Positions 17,754 to 27,743 of a stretch of DNA of 51,447 nt are shown piece after piece. Positions within the stretch are counted from its first letter, which is position 1, and each line of letters opens with the position of its first letter. Under the pieces are notes generated by a model that made no database searches, was not told where the DNA came from, and saw nothing but the letters and a program-made list of their open reading frames with translations. Origin of the DNA: an uncultured Spirochaetota bacterium (GTDB taxonomy: Bacteria; Spirochaetota; B62-G9; DRHN01); contig CAZGJW010000004.1 in assembly GCA_964525675.1 (NCBI GenBank), forward strand, positions 1-51,447, written 5' to 3'. The position numbers and the translations under genes are program-made.

Positions 17754-19253
17754 ATGGATTCTGAAAAAATTTTTGTTATGAAAGATATATCCAAACGATT
17801 TCCGGGTGTACTGGCCTTAGATAATGTCTCCTTTGAAGTCTACAAAGGAGAAGTACATGCCTTGGTCGGGGAAAATGGCGCGGGGAAGTCTACTTTAATT
17901 AAAATTTTGTCTGGTGTGTATCAGCCAGATGGAGGACAGATAATATACAGGGGAAATGAGATTAAAATAAACAACCCACGTCAGGCTCAGGAATTTGGCA
18001 TAAGCACTATTTATCAGGAATTAACCCTCTGTATGAATCTTACTGTTGCTGATAATATTTTTTTAGGGAATGAGGATCGAAAAACTATTTTTGGTTATAT
18101 TGATGAAAATAAGTTGAATAGAGAGTGTAAAAAATACCTTGAGCAATTGGAAGCTGACATAAATCCAAAAATGCTGGTCTCAAGCCTTTCAGTTGCACAA
18201 CAACAGATGGTAGAAATAGCAAAGGCTCTTGCCTATGAAAGTGAGATTATCATCATGGACGAGCCTACTGCTACACTCACGTTGCATGAAACTAATAAGC
18301 TGTTTGAGACAATAAAAAAATTGAAAGAGCAAGGGAAATCTATAATCTATATTTCACATCGACTTGAAGAAGTTTTTGAAATTGCGGATACCGTAACTGT
18401 TTTGAGAGATGGAAAGCTGATTGGCACCAAACCGGTAAGTGATTTGAAATATGATGGTATAGTTCGGATGATGGTGGGAAGGAAAATTGAAAATAAATAT
18501 TTAAGAAGGAAAATTGAGAGAAGTCATGAAGTTGGAGAGGTTTTATTGGCGGTAAAGAACCTTACTAAAGGAGATATTTTTAAAAATATTAATTTTAAAT
18601 TATATGCTGGTGAAATATTAGGATTTTCAGGTCTGGTAGGGGCAGGACGGACTGATCTTATGCGGGGAATTTTCGGACTTGATTCTATCGATGAAGGTGA
18701 GGTGATTATCAAAGAGGAAGTAAAAAAAATCAAATCTTCGAGAGATGCAATAAATTTAGGTATCGGTATGACCTCCGAGGACAGGAAAAATGAGGGGCTA
18801 TTTTTAAACTTTAATATCAGGGAAAATGTTACAATCTCTTACTTAGAATCTCTTACAAAATATGGTTATATAAGAGGAGGAAAGGAAAAAGAGCATGCAA
18901 ATCGTTTTATAAAATATTTGGCCATAAATCCAAATAATTCTGAGGCAGGGACTATCACATTAAGTGGGGGAAATCAACAAAAGGTTGCAATTGCAAAATG
19001 GCTAGCAACAAGTCCAGAAATATTAATTATGGATGAACCAACCCGAGGTATTGATGTTGGAGCGAAAGCTGAAATCTATAAGTTAATGAGACTTCTGGCG
19101 ACGCAGGGAAAAGGCATCATTTTAATTTCTTCTGAGCTTCCTGAAATTCTATCCATGTCGGATAGAATAATCGTAATGAATAAAGGAGAAATAATTGGTG
19201 AACTTCTCAATGAGGAAGCAACAGAGGAGAAAATTATGGAACTAGCCGTATAA
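17754..19253 (+). CDS. Monosaccharide ABC transporter ATP-binding protein (RbsA/MglA type)
   Basis: GENGAGKS, duplicated NBD, LSGGNQQK, DEPTRGIDVGAK; alternative start at 17712. Confidence 0.95.
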   Translation: MDSEKIFVMKDISKRFPGVLALDNVSFEVYKGEVHALVGENGAGKSTLIKILSGVYQPDGGQIIYRGNEIKINNPRQAQEFGISTIYQELTLCMNLTVADNIFLGNEDRKTIFGYIDENKLNRECKKYLEQLEADINPKMLVSSLSVAQQQMVEIAKALAYESEIIIMDEPTATLTLHETNKLFETIKKLKEQGKSIIYISHRLEEVFEIADTVTVLRDGKLIGTKPVSDLKYDGIVRMMVGRKIENKYLRRKIERSHEVGEVLLAVKNLTKGDIFKNINFKLYAGEILGFSGLVGAGRTDLMRGIFGLDSIDEGEVIIKEEVKKIKSSRDAINLGIGMTSEDRKNEGLFLNFNIRENVTISYLESLTKYGYIRGGKEKEHANRFIKYLAINPNNSEAGTITLSGGNQQKVAIAKWLATSPEILIMDEPTRGIDVGAKAEIYKLMRLLATQGKGIILISSELPEILSMSDRIIVMNKGEIIGELLNEEATEEKIMELAV

Positions 19254-19300
19254 ATCCAAACTGATGATTCATTGAAAAATATTAAAAGGGTAAAAGTGCA

Positions 19301-20314
19301 ATGTCTATAGATGATAACAGTAATAAAAAGCTCAAGTTGGGGTCTCGACTAAAAAAAAGATTTTCTATTTTCCAATTAAGAAATTTTGGGGTGCTTTTCG
19401 CACTTATTATTTTATGTATTTTCTTCGCCCTTATGTCACATGGCAGGTTTTTTACAGTAAGTAATTTTTTAACAGTTGCCCGGCAGGTCTCTCTCGCGAC
19501 AATAGTCGGGGTTGGGTTAACATTTGTAATGATTACTGCAAATATAGACCTTGCTGTCGGTTCTTATCTGGCATTTTCTGGAATATTTGTAGCAGCTTTA
19601 CTTTATATAGGATTTCCCTGGTATTTAGCCCTTTTATCAATCATGGTAATTATGGCCTTGGTTGGAATGTTGGTTGGGGTAATTGTTGCTAAACAAAAAT
19701 TGAACTCATTGATTATCACCCTTGCAATGATGGGCATTGCGAGAGGTATTGCTCTGGCATACTCGGGAGGAGCACCGATTTTTATAAAAAATGATGCCTT
19801 CATTTCATTAGGTACTGGATATATAGGACCTATTCCAACTCCTGTTGTGATAGCTGCAATTGTGCTGATAATTGGACAATTTGTGCTTCGAAAAACAAGT
19901 CTTGGCCGTTATATATATGCCACGGGTGGGAACGAGGAGGCAGCGATAGCTTCTGGAATCAATGTTGATAGAATTAAAATTACAGTATTTGCTATTTCAG
20001 GAATGCTTTCCGGACTCGCGGGTTCCATTTTAGCCGGCCGCCTCTTTTCAGGAAATCCAACCGCAGGACAGGGATTTGAACTGGATGTTATTTCTGCAGT
20101 TGTCATAGGAGGAACAAGCCTGTTTGGCGGTGTCGGTCATATGTGGGGGACACTCATTGGTGCTTTCATTGTCGGTATCATAGGAAACGGTCTTACTATT
20201 TTAAACGTTGAGTACTTTTATCAACTTATAGCCAAAGGTATGATTATATATATTGCGGTTTTTATAGATAGGCAGACACGGCAAGCAGGATTGCGAGGGA
20301 AAACAAGATTATAG
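19301..20314 (+). CDS. Monosaccharide ABC transporter permease (RbsC type)
   Basis: IDLAVGS, GGNEEAAIASGIN, GFELDVISAVVIGGTSLFGG. Confidence 0.95.
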   Translation: MSIDDNSNKKLKLGSRLKKRFSIFQLRNFGVLFALIILCIFFALMSHGRFFTVSNFLTVARQVSLATIVGVGLTFVMITANIDLAVGSYLAFSGIFVAALLYIGFPWYLALLSIMVIMALVGMLVGVIVAKQKLNSLIITLAMMGIARGIALAYSGGAPIFIKNDAFISLGTGYIGPIPTPVVIAAIVLIIGQFVLRKTSLGRYIYATGGNEEAAIASGINVDRIKITVFAISGMLSGLAGSILAGRLFSGNPTAGQGFELDVISAVVIGGTSLFGGVGHMWGTLIGAFIVGIIGNGLTILNVEYFYQLIAKGMIIYIAVFIDRQTRQAGLRGKTRL

Positions 20315-20399
20315 TTCAATGCAATTATAAGAAAATTAATCTTCACTTAACCGAATTATAAGTGGAGGTTAAAATAATTTATTTATAAGGAGGCATAAA

Positions 20400-21509
20400 A
20401 TGCCTAAAAAAATTATCACTATCTTGGTTGCAGTATCCTTTGTACTATTGCTAATGGGGACAAGTAGTGCACTGGGGGGAGCAAAAAAGAAAGGAGAGGT
20501 AGAATCTGTACAAAAGGAAGAAAAAACAATTGAAGCTGAAACCCCGGAGGAGGTAAAAAAAGCAATCGGCGAGAAGGAGGAGGTTGGAAAAGTAGCAAAA
20601 GAAAAAGTAAAGATTGGGGTGATTCAGATCACGCTTGAGCACGAATACCAGGTAATGTTGAACAAGGGTTTTAAGGATAAAGCTCAGGAAATGGGTGCAG
20701 AAGTAATTGTAGCCATAAACGAGATGAACCCGGAAAAATGTGTAAAAGTAGCCGAGGATCTTGTTTCTGCTGGAGTTCAGGCAATTATTTGCGCTCCCGC
20801 TGATCCAGCAAGCTGGAAAGCGGTACTGGCAATGTGTAGAGAAGCGGGAATCCCTTTGCTCAATGACGGATCGCCACAACCGGTTGAAGAAGGTGTAGTT
20901 CCTTTTATCGGAACTGATAGTAAAGGTGGTGGAAGAGCAGCAGGTAAATTTGCAGGCGAATGGATTAATAAGAACCTTAGAGGCAGTGCCAAGGTGCTTG
21001 GTTTGACATTACCCACCTTTACGGATTGTGTAGCACGAAATGAAGGTTTTAATGAAGCTCTTAAAGAAACAGTCACCGGGAATATAGAGTTGATTGAACA
21101 TAACGGACACGGCCTGAGAGAAAAAGGGTTGGAAGCGAGTGAAAATGTACTCCAGGCACATCCAGATTTGGATGTAATATTCGGTTGTAACGATGATTCA
21201 GCACTGGGTGGTATGAGCGCTATGCAAGCTGCAGGCAAGGATGTGGAACATCATCTGGTTATTGGGTTTGACGGCACTTTAGGTGCATTTGAAGAGATTA
21301 AAAAGGGTGGGATGTTCCGCTGTGACATAGTCCAGCAACCCTATCTTTATGCACAGATGCATATGGAAAGAGCAGTCAAATTAGCAAGAGGTGAGGCAAC
21401 TATTGACTATTATCAGTCAATAGGACCTCTCTACATCCAGACTCCTGTTGTTACATCTGAAAATGATGATAAGTGGATCGCCAAAGTTAAACAGTATATG
21501 CCTCAATAG
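20400..21509 (+). CDS. Monosaccharide ABC transporter substrate-binding protein (RbsB type)
   Basis: Signal peptide ending in ALGGAKK; GCNDDSALG and IGFDG; AGGAGG SD. Confidence 0.92.
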   Translation: MPKKIITILVAVSFVLLLMGTSSALGGAKKKGEVESVQKEEKTIEAETPEEVKKAIGEKEEVGKVAKEKVKIGVIQITLEHEYQVMLNKGFKDKAQEMGAEVIVAINEMNPEKCVKVAEDLVSAGVQAIICAPADPASWKAVLAMCREAGIPLLNDGSPQPVEEGVVPFIGTDSKGGGRAAGKFAGEWINKNLRGSAKVLGLTLPTFTDCVARNEGFNEALKETVTGNIELIEHNGHGLREKGLEASENVLQAHPDLDVIFGCNDDSALGGMSAMQAAGKDVEHHLVIGFDGTLGAFEEIKKGGMFRCDIVQQPYLYAQMHMERAVKLARGEATIDYYQSIGPLYIQTPVVTSENDDKWIAKVKQYMPQ

Positions 21510-21585
21510 TGTTTCTATTTTACATTCTGTTTGATTTATGAGGAGTAATGGCAATAAAAAACAGCTGATGGTAACACATTAAAAA

Positions 21586-21645
21586 CAATCTTAGCTTATC
21601 ATTCAATAAATCTGATCTGCATCTTCTCCTGATAGGCTAAGATTG
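21586..21645 (+). terminator. 16 bp stem hairpin after the sugar operon (terminator or regulatory structure)
   Basis: CAATCTTAGCTTATCA / TGATAGGCTAAGATTG with one G-U pair and a 28 nt loop, followed by T-rich sequence. Confidence 0.5.
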
Positions 21646-21691
21646 ATTTATTATCTAATTTTCCTTATTAAATTTTCTTATTTAATTTCCT

Positions 21692-22333
21692 ATGAAGAAA
21701 AATACATTAAAAATTATAATCATCTTTATATATATAATAGCTTTTATAGGTTTTACATCCGTTGTATTTGGATTTATTGGTAATAACCAGCAAAAAAGAA
21801 TCGGTAGTGGTGAAATACAAAATGTTGTATTAAAAATTTATGATGATATTGATAGAGGAAAATATTTTGATCTGAACAATCATTCTATTGAAGGCAGATG
21901 GGGTGAGACAAACATGGGGATTGGTCAGAAAAAAACGTATTATCTTGAAGGATTGGTTGCCGGGGACGATTTTATTGAGACAGCTATCAAGGATTACGGA
22001 AAAAATGGGTGGAGATTACGTTTTACCAAGTTAGAAATAACGGGTTTGCAGGTAATTTCACGTGACGAGTTTGAAAAACAGTTTCCACGAGAACATGAAA
22101 TTTTAAATTATTTTGATCAAGCTGATAAAATAGAAAAGATATTTATAACAAATCTTACGGGATACATTATTGGAAACTGTTCAATAACTGACTGGATAAA
22201 AAAGCTCCCATTGGTATGGACTGGCAAGGGATGGGTGGCAATTGTTACCGGTACTCCGGATGATCTGAGTCCGCTCCATAGAGAAGAATGGCTGACAAAT
22301 ATTAATTTCAAGATTGTCAACACAATTGAATAA
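21692..22333 (+). CDS. Hypothetical exported/membrane-anchored protein
   Basis: 213 aa; N-terminal KK plus hydrophobic helix; single Cys (GNCS). Confidence 0.7.
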   Translation: MKKNTLKIIIIFIYIIAFIGFTSVVFGFIGNNQQKRIGSGEIQNVVLKIYDDIDRGKYFDLNNHSIEGRWGETNMGIGQKKTYYLEGLVAGDDFIETAIKDYGKNGWRLRFTKLEITGLQVISRDEFEKQFPREHEILNYFDQADKIEKIFITNLTGYIIGNCSITDWIKKLPLVWTGKGWVAIVTGTPDDLSPLHREEWLTNINFKIVNTIE

Positions 22334-22349
22334 TGGATTGAACGGACAT

Positions 22350-23516
22350 ATGGAAGATGCCATATATTTTGACAATGCTGCAACCTCCTGGCCGAAACCA
22401 GCATCAGTAATTGAAGCAATGAAACACTACATTGAGGATATAGGAGGAAGCCCCGGACGGTCTGGACACAGAATGTCTATTTCAGCGAGCAGACTTGTTG
22501 AAGAGACTCGTGAGGCTGTAGGTAGAATTTTTAATTTTTCTGATACTTCGAGAGTAATTTTTACCAGGAATATTACAGAAGCCCTTAATATTTGCATATT
22601 TAGTTTAGTTGAACCGGGAGATCATGTAATAACGAGCGCTACCGAACATAATTCGGTAATGCGTCCCCTGAGGTTTTTAGAAAAAAGAGGTGTATTGTTA
22701 ACAATTGTAAAATGTAATTCTGATGGTACACTTGTTCCGGATGAAATAGAAAAAAAAATAAAGAAAAATACCAAACTTGTAGTGTTAGCACATGCTTCAA
22801 ATGTAATGGGTACTCTGTTACCGGTTGATGAAGTTGCATTTATTACAAATGACAGAAATATACCTTTTCTTGTAGATTGCGCTCAAACAGCAGGTGCGGT
22901 TCCAATAGATATTCAGTTGGAAAAATATACCAATTGTATTCTGGCATTTACAGGGCACAAGAGTTTATACGGTCCGACGGGCACAGGTGGAATGTGTATC
23001 GGGAGCGGTATCAATCTTTTACCATTGATATATGGAGGGACAGGAAGCAAGTCTGATAGAGATACCCAACCGGATTTTTTACCTGATCAGCTAGAAAGTG
23101 GCACGATTAATATTGTTGGGCTTGCAGGATTAAAGGCTGGAGTTGATTATATTTTGAAAACAGGAATACATAAGATAAGAGCACATGAAAAGAAATTGGT
23201 GGACATATTTATTAGAAAAGCGATTCAGATTAATGGAATAAGGATTTATGGGACCAAGGATCCGGAAAGACAGGCTGGTCTTGTATCATTTAATATAGAT
23301 GGTGCAAGCCCGTCGGATGTTGGATTTATTCTCGACCGTAAGTATTCTATAATGTGTAGAATTGGACTGCACTGCAATCCCAATGCTCATATGACAAACA
23401 AAACTTTTCCGTTCGGAACTATAAGATTTGGATTCTCTTATTTTAATACTGTTGATCAAGTTGAAAGAGCAATATCAGCATTGAAAAAAATATCTGAAAA
23501 AAATACAATAAACTGA
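22350..23516 (+). CDS. Class V aminotransferase, cysteine desulfurase/selenocysteine lyase-like (type associated with selenium clusters)
   Basis: IYFDNAATSWPKP, GSPGRSGH, FTGHKSLYGPTGTG (PLP Lys), RIGLHC (group II catalytic Cys). Confidence 0.9.
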   Translation: MEDAIYFDNAATSWPKPASVIEAMKHYIEDIGGSPGRSGHRMSISASRLVEETREAVGRIFNFSDTSRVIFTRNITEALNICIFSLVEPGDHVITSATEHNSVMRPLRFLEKRGVLLTIVKCNSDGTLVPDEIEKKIKKNTKLVVLAHASNVMGTLLPVDEVAFITNDRNIPFLVDCAQTAGAVPIDIQLEKYTNCILAFTGHKSLYGPTGTGGMCIGSGINLLPLIYGGTGSKSDRDTQPDFLPDQLESGTINIVGLAGLKAGVDYILKTGIHKIRAHEKKLVDIFIRKAIQINGIRIYGTKDPERQAGLVSFNIDGASPSDVGFILDRKYSIMCRIGLHCNPNAHMTNKTFPFGTIRFGFSYFNTVDQVERAISALKKISEKNTIN

Positions 23517-23582
23517 TTCATTCAGCATGGTACCGGTAAGTTAACCTCTAATAATTTTTTAATTATTCAACGGTTATTGATA

Positions 23583-23831
23583 ATGGATGGAGTAATAACA
23601 TTTTTTTCATCTCAACAGGTCATGAAAGCAGAAAAAATACTCAAAAAAAACGGTTTTGAGGTGATGCTGATACCGGGTCCTAGAGAGATAAGCCCAAACT
23701 GCGGGACAGCTCTTTGTTTTGAGTATGAAAAAAAAAAGGAAATAAGGTCCACCCTGGAAAACAATAAAGCGAATTTTGAAGCTATACACTATTATCCGCA
23801 GGCGAAAAAGTTTTCGAAATGGGTAGAATGA
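23583..23831 (+). CDS. DUF3343 family protein (putative Se/S carrier)
   Basis: F.S...MKAEKILK...LIPGPREISPNCGTAL. Confidence 0.85.
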   Translation: MDGVITFFSSQQVMKAEKILKKNGFEVMLIPGPREISPNCGTALCFEYEKKKEIRSTLENNKANFEAIHYYPQAKKFSKWVE

Positions 23832-23876
23832 TAAAATAACACAAAAAAATTAACGCAGATTATTTAAAGTTCATAC

Positions 23877-24335
23877 TCAAATATAGAGAGCAATTAATTT
23901 TACCGTAATTATATAGTACAGAATGATTCCTGTATAAAATCCCGCCAGGTAGACAAATGAGTCAATTCTTCCCTGCCCGGCTAAAACATGCTGCCTCATC
24001 GGGCAGCCCCCGGCAAGAGTTGAGAAAAGTCCGAGTCCGAATCCACCGATAATGCTGATAATCCCAAATTTACTTAAGAAGGAACTTACAAAGGATGGGT
24101 ATGTAACATATTTTACATTTGTAATGGTATGCAACCCGGGAATCAATGAACCGATTCCCTTTAAAATCCATATTGTCAACCATGCAGATGCAAAAAAAGA
24201 TACTACGCCCTTCATAAGGTCTTTGTCCCTCACTATAAGATAATCTCTAAAACCGCCTATGAAACACATGCGTGATCTTTGCCCTAAAAAACCAACTACC
24301 AATCCGATTAACAGGCTGCCGAAAACTGCTATCAT
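23877..24335 (-). CDS. YedE/YeeE-family sulfur/selenium transporter, half-size subunit 2
   Basis: GFLGQRSRMCFIGGFRD and LAGGCPMRQ motifs; AGAGG SD before ATG at 24335. Confidence 0.85.
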   Translation of the reverse strand: MIAVFGSLLIGLVVGFLGQRSRMCFIGGFRDYLIVRDKDLMKGVVSFFASAWLTIWILKGIGSLIPGLHTITNVKYVTYPSFVSSFLSKFGIISIIGGFGLGLFSTLAGGCPMRQHVLAGQGRIDSFVYLAGFYTGIILYYIITVKLIALYI

Positions 24336-24340
24336 ATAAA

Positions 24341-24817
24341 TCAAATCCTCTTTAATAGAATGACTCCAATGGATATACCGGCTAAAAGTCCAACTATTGC
24401 CAAAAAGGAAAAAGGGTCGCCAAAGGCTAATCGTAAAAATAATCGTGTCGGGCAACTTATAATAAGTAAACCAAAATTCGAAACAGCAATTCCAAGAAAA
24501 AAAATAGCTGGGAGATTCCCCATTTTTATGAAATTGAATTCACCGTTCAGCCTGGAAGAAATAATTGAGCCTGAAATTATACCTATTGTTGTCAGGAGGG
24601 GATAATTGATTGATACTTCCGCGGATTCTAATGTAATAGAGAATATCTTTTGGCTTATCCAGTTGAGTAGATCCCTGCCATGACATACTATGCAAATTCC
24701 GTAAGCCTGAGGAGGTTGTATTTTGAACAGGGGTTGCGCCAATACTGCAAGTGCTCCAACAAATATACCGAAAAAGAGGGGAGAATACAGAAATGTTAAA
24801 TATTTTTTTCTATTCAT
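24341..24817 (-). CDS. YedE/YeeE-family transporter, half-size subunit 1 (selenium-metabolism YedE-like)
   Basis: YGICIVCHGRD (CxxC) and SCPTR motifs; several TM segments. Confidence 0.8.
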   Translation of the reverse strand: MNRKKYLTFLYSPLFFGIFVGALAVLAQPLFKIQPPQAYGICIVCHGRDLLNWISQKIFSITLESAEVSINYPLLTTIGIISGSIISSRLNGEFNFIKMGNLPAIFFLGIAVSNFGLLIISCPTRLFLRLAFGDPFSFLAIVGLLAGISIGVILLKRI

Positions 24818-25053
24818 ATTGGTTTGAATAGTACAGTAAAATTGATACTCGTTCTATAACAATTTCTTATCGTTTGCTACCTATGACTGCAGATAAATGT
24901 ATCGCAAAATAAATTGACAATACAGTAAAATAATGCAATAAAAATATGACCATTTGAATATTTGTATTTTTCATAGAATAATTTATCTGCTTTTTGATTT
25001 CTATTTTTTTATCGTTTATGTTAAGAGAAAATTAATGAAAGAGAGAAGTAAGT

Positions 25054-26604
25054 ATGGAGGATTGCTTTTTTGTCGGGATTGATATAGGGGTTACACTGGT
25101 CAAAGTCGGGATTTATGACACAAAGGGAAATTGCGTTTCAATCATTAAAAAAAATTCTCCTGGTAAACATTCTGGATCCGGAGTTTTTATTCAATCCGGC
25201 GAAGAATTCTTTTCAATTATTATAAATGCTCTTAAAGAAGCTGTTGAAAAATCTAATATCGATACTTCATCAATCTCTGCAATTGCATTTTCAGGTCAGA
25301 TGGGCGGCGCAATAGGGGTGAACAAAGATTGGAATGCTGTTACACACTGGTCGAATCCCATAGATACCCGATACACCCCTTATATTTCGAGAATGTTGAA
25401 GAGTGCGCGTGAAGATATTTTGAAGTTATCCGGTACGAACTACCCCTACTTCGCTCCGAAAGTCCTCTGGTGGAAACATGAATTTCCCGATCTTTACAGG
25501 AATTCCCATAAGTTTATGCTTTTGTCAGGATTCATCGCAGGTAAGATGGGAGATATTTCCATAGAAGATGCCTTTGTTGATAAAACGTATCTGCAGATGA
25601 CGGGAATAGCAGATATTCCGAGGAATCGATGGTCACTCGATCTTTGTAGTGAATTTAAAATCGACATGGAGAAACTTCCAGGGATTGTCGATTCAAGTAC
25701 CATTATAGGAAAACTTAACAAATCGGTGGCGAGAGAGTGTAATTTGCCGAGCGGCATCCCTCTTGTCGCAGGTGCCGGTGACAAACCTGCCGGGTATATC
25801 GGTGCGGGAGTAGTTGAGCCAGGGACTTTAATTGATGAATCAGCCTCATTCGCCGCTTTCAGTCTCTGTTCAAACAAATACATTCCGGATTTAAAATATA
25901 AAACTCTTGAAAACATTCCATCGCCAATTTCCGGGCAGTACTTTCCTACCCTCATTCTTATAGGTTCAGGGTTGACCCATGAGTGGTTTAAAAATATTTT
26001 TGGTGAAGAAGAACAGAGAATGGCTTCAATGACAGGCAAATCGCCGTTTCAAATATTGGATGAAAAGGCAAACAGTGTGCCTCCGGGCTCTGAAAAATTA
26101 TTCTCCATTGGTCTACTGGGAGGACGAGGGTATCCGAGTGATCCGGCTATCAGGGGTATGTGGATAAACTATTCATGGAGTCATAAAAAAGAGCATTTCT
26201 ACAGATCTCTTCTTGAAAGTTTTGCGTACGAATACGGGTATGCATTCAAAGTCATAAAGGAAACGTATCCGGATTTTGATATAAAAGAGGTACTGGTAAT
26301 TGGGGGAGGTTCACGGTCGGATTTATGGAACCAGATAAAAAGTGATGTGATTGGACTGCCGTATATACGGCTTACTAGAGATGATTTTACCCTTCTTGGA
26401 GATGTTCTTATTGCCGGTTATACAATGGGTATATACAAAAATCTTCGTAAAAAGGCAAAAGAGTTCACCGTTAAAACTGATGTATTTTTGCCAGACGAAA
26501 AGAACCATAACTATTATAAAGAATATGTTGAGCGGTATGAAAGTATTTTTGAAAGGGTTCGAGATTTGTTTATCGATCTTAATAACATTCCTGATTTCAA
26601 TTGA
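25054..26604 (+). CDS. FGGY-family carbohydrate kinase (xylulokinase-like)
   Basis: GIDIGVTLVK, SGQMGG, GAGD, GGGSRSDLWNQIKSD. Confidence 0.9.
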   Translation: MEDCFFVGIDIGVTLVKVGIYDTKGNCVSIIKKNSPGKHSGSGVFIQSGEEFFSIIINALKEAVEKSNIDTSSISAIAFSGQMGGAIGVNKDWNAVTHWSNPIDTRYTPYISRMLKSAREDILKLSGTNYPYFAPKVLWWKHEFPDLYRNSHKFMLLSGFIAGKMGDISIEDAFVDKTYLQMTGIADIPRNRWSLDLCSEFKIDMEKLPGIVDSSTIIGKLNKSVARECNLPSGIPLVAGAGDKPAGYIGAGVVEPGTLIDESASFAAFSLCSNKYIPDLKYKTLENIPSPISGQYFPTLILIGSGLTHEWFKNIFGEEEQRMASMTGKSPFQILDEKANSVPPGSEKLFSIGLLGGRGYPSDPAIRGMWINYSWSHKKEHFYRSLLESFAYEYGYAFKVIKETYPDFDIKEVLVIGGGSRSDLWNQIKSDVIGLPYIRLTRDDFTLLGDVLIAGYTMGIYKNLRKKAKEFTVKTDVFLPDEKNHNYYKEYVERYESIFERVRDLFIDLNNIPDFN

Positions 26605-26726
26605 GCAAAATAAGAAGGCATTGTTTGGACTTTTGGAATCTGAATAATGCGGAAGATGAGCGGCATTATAAAGTAAAGTGCAGACCTTTATAAATACGAT
26701 CTCAGAACTGGCCGGTCCTTTAGTAT

Positions 26727-27743
26727 TTAACAGTATTTCCCATATTGTTTAATTGCTTTCAACATAGCCGCATAGTTATCGGGCTTTACACTTCTGTGAA
26801 TAGAATTGCTTGATGAAATGATATACCCACCTCCAGGTGCACCAGTTTCAATACAACTCTTTACTTCTTCAATAACTTGTTTCTCCGTTCCATGTACCAG
26901 GTTGCCCGCGCAATTTACGTTTCCCATTATGCATACTCTGTTTCCATACTCTTTTTTAACTTTTGCCAGGCTCATTCCCCCCAGAGGATCAATAGGATTT
27001 AGACAGTCGATCCCTGCATCAATGAGCAGGTCTAAAATCGGGTACAGATTGCCGTCTGAATGTTTTATGACATACAGCCCATAGTCGTGCAGGTTTTTAT
27101 ACAACCTCCTCATGGGTGGAAATATTATTTCTTTAAACTGCTCCCTCGACATGAGCATTCCATGAGTGCTGGAATAATCGTCTCCCATGACCGCAATTTC
27201 TGCTCCCATTTGTGCCGCACGTTTTCCTATTTCCGAGTAATAATCAACCGATTTTTCAATTATTTTCCTGATTAACATTGGCCGGTCGATCATGTCGATG
27301 AGGGTTTCTTCAAATCCGTGTAATTCTCTCGCCTCTGAAAAACCATCCCTCAGTACTATGACAATTGCGTTTTTTCCCTTGAATCTTTTTATCGTTTGTT
27401 CGACGTGCTTAAAACGATGCAAAGCAGTGATCGCCGGAAAATAAAATTTTTTAACATCATTATCGTCCTTTATAACGGTATTTATCGGAATCATGTATTC
27501 TTCTTCGGTTTCTTTTACTACCAATCCTTTTTCATTCCTGTAAACACCGGTTTCTATCTTTTCTTTATTTATTACAAGTTTTGTCAATACTGCATCAAGT
27601 CCCATTTTCTCCGTAAAATCAAAGATATCCGCACCCGGAAGAATGGCATTTATAACATGGCTGTCTATTGCAAGCTCAAATGTCGGAACTCTGTCGGGGA
27701 TTTTTCTTTCAAGAGCACAAATCACTATTTCTTTAGAATTCAT
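26727..27743 (-). CDS. Uroporphyrinogen decarboxylase-like (URO-D/MtaA-CmuA superfamily) protein
   Basis: PDRVP, GDDYS, HSDGN, GNV, GGGYIISSSNSI; lacks the HemE MRQAGR motif. Confidence 0.85.
   Translation of the reverse strand: MNSKEIVICALERKIPDRVPTFELAIDSHVINAILPGADIFDFTEKMGLDAVLTKLVINKEKIETGVYRNEKGLVVKETEEEYMIPINTVIKDDNDVKKFYFPAITALHRFKHVEQTIKRFKGKNAIVIVLRDGFSEARELHGFEETLIDMIDRPMLIRKIIEKSVDYYSEIGKRAAQMGAEIAVMGDDYSSTHGMLMSREQFKEIIFPPMRRLYKNLHDYGLYVIKHSDGNLYPILDLLIDAGIDCLNPIDPLGGMSLAKVKKEYGNRVCIMGNVNCAGNLVHGTEKQVIEEVKSCIETGAPGGGYIISSSNSIHRSVKPDNYAAMLKAIKQYGKYC

Noticed and set aside
24333-24345. Selenocysteine (UGA) read-through joining the two YedE halves
   Set aside because: The downstream ATG is in a different frame, the TGA frame meets another TGA two codons later, and the second gene has its own SD.
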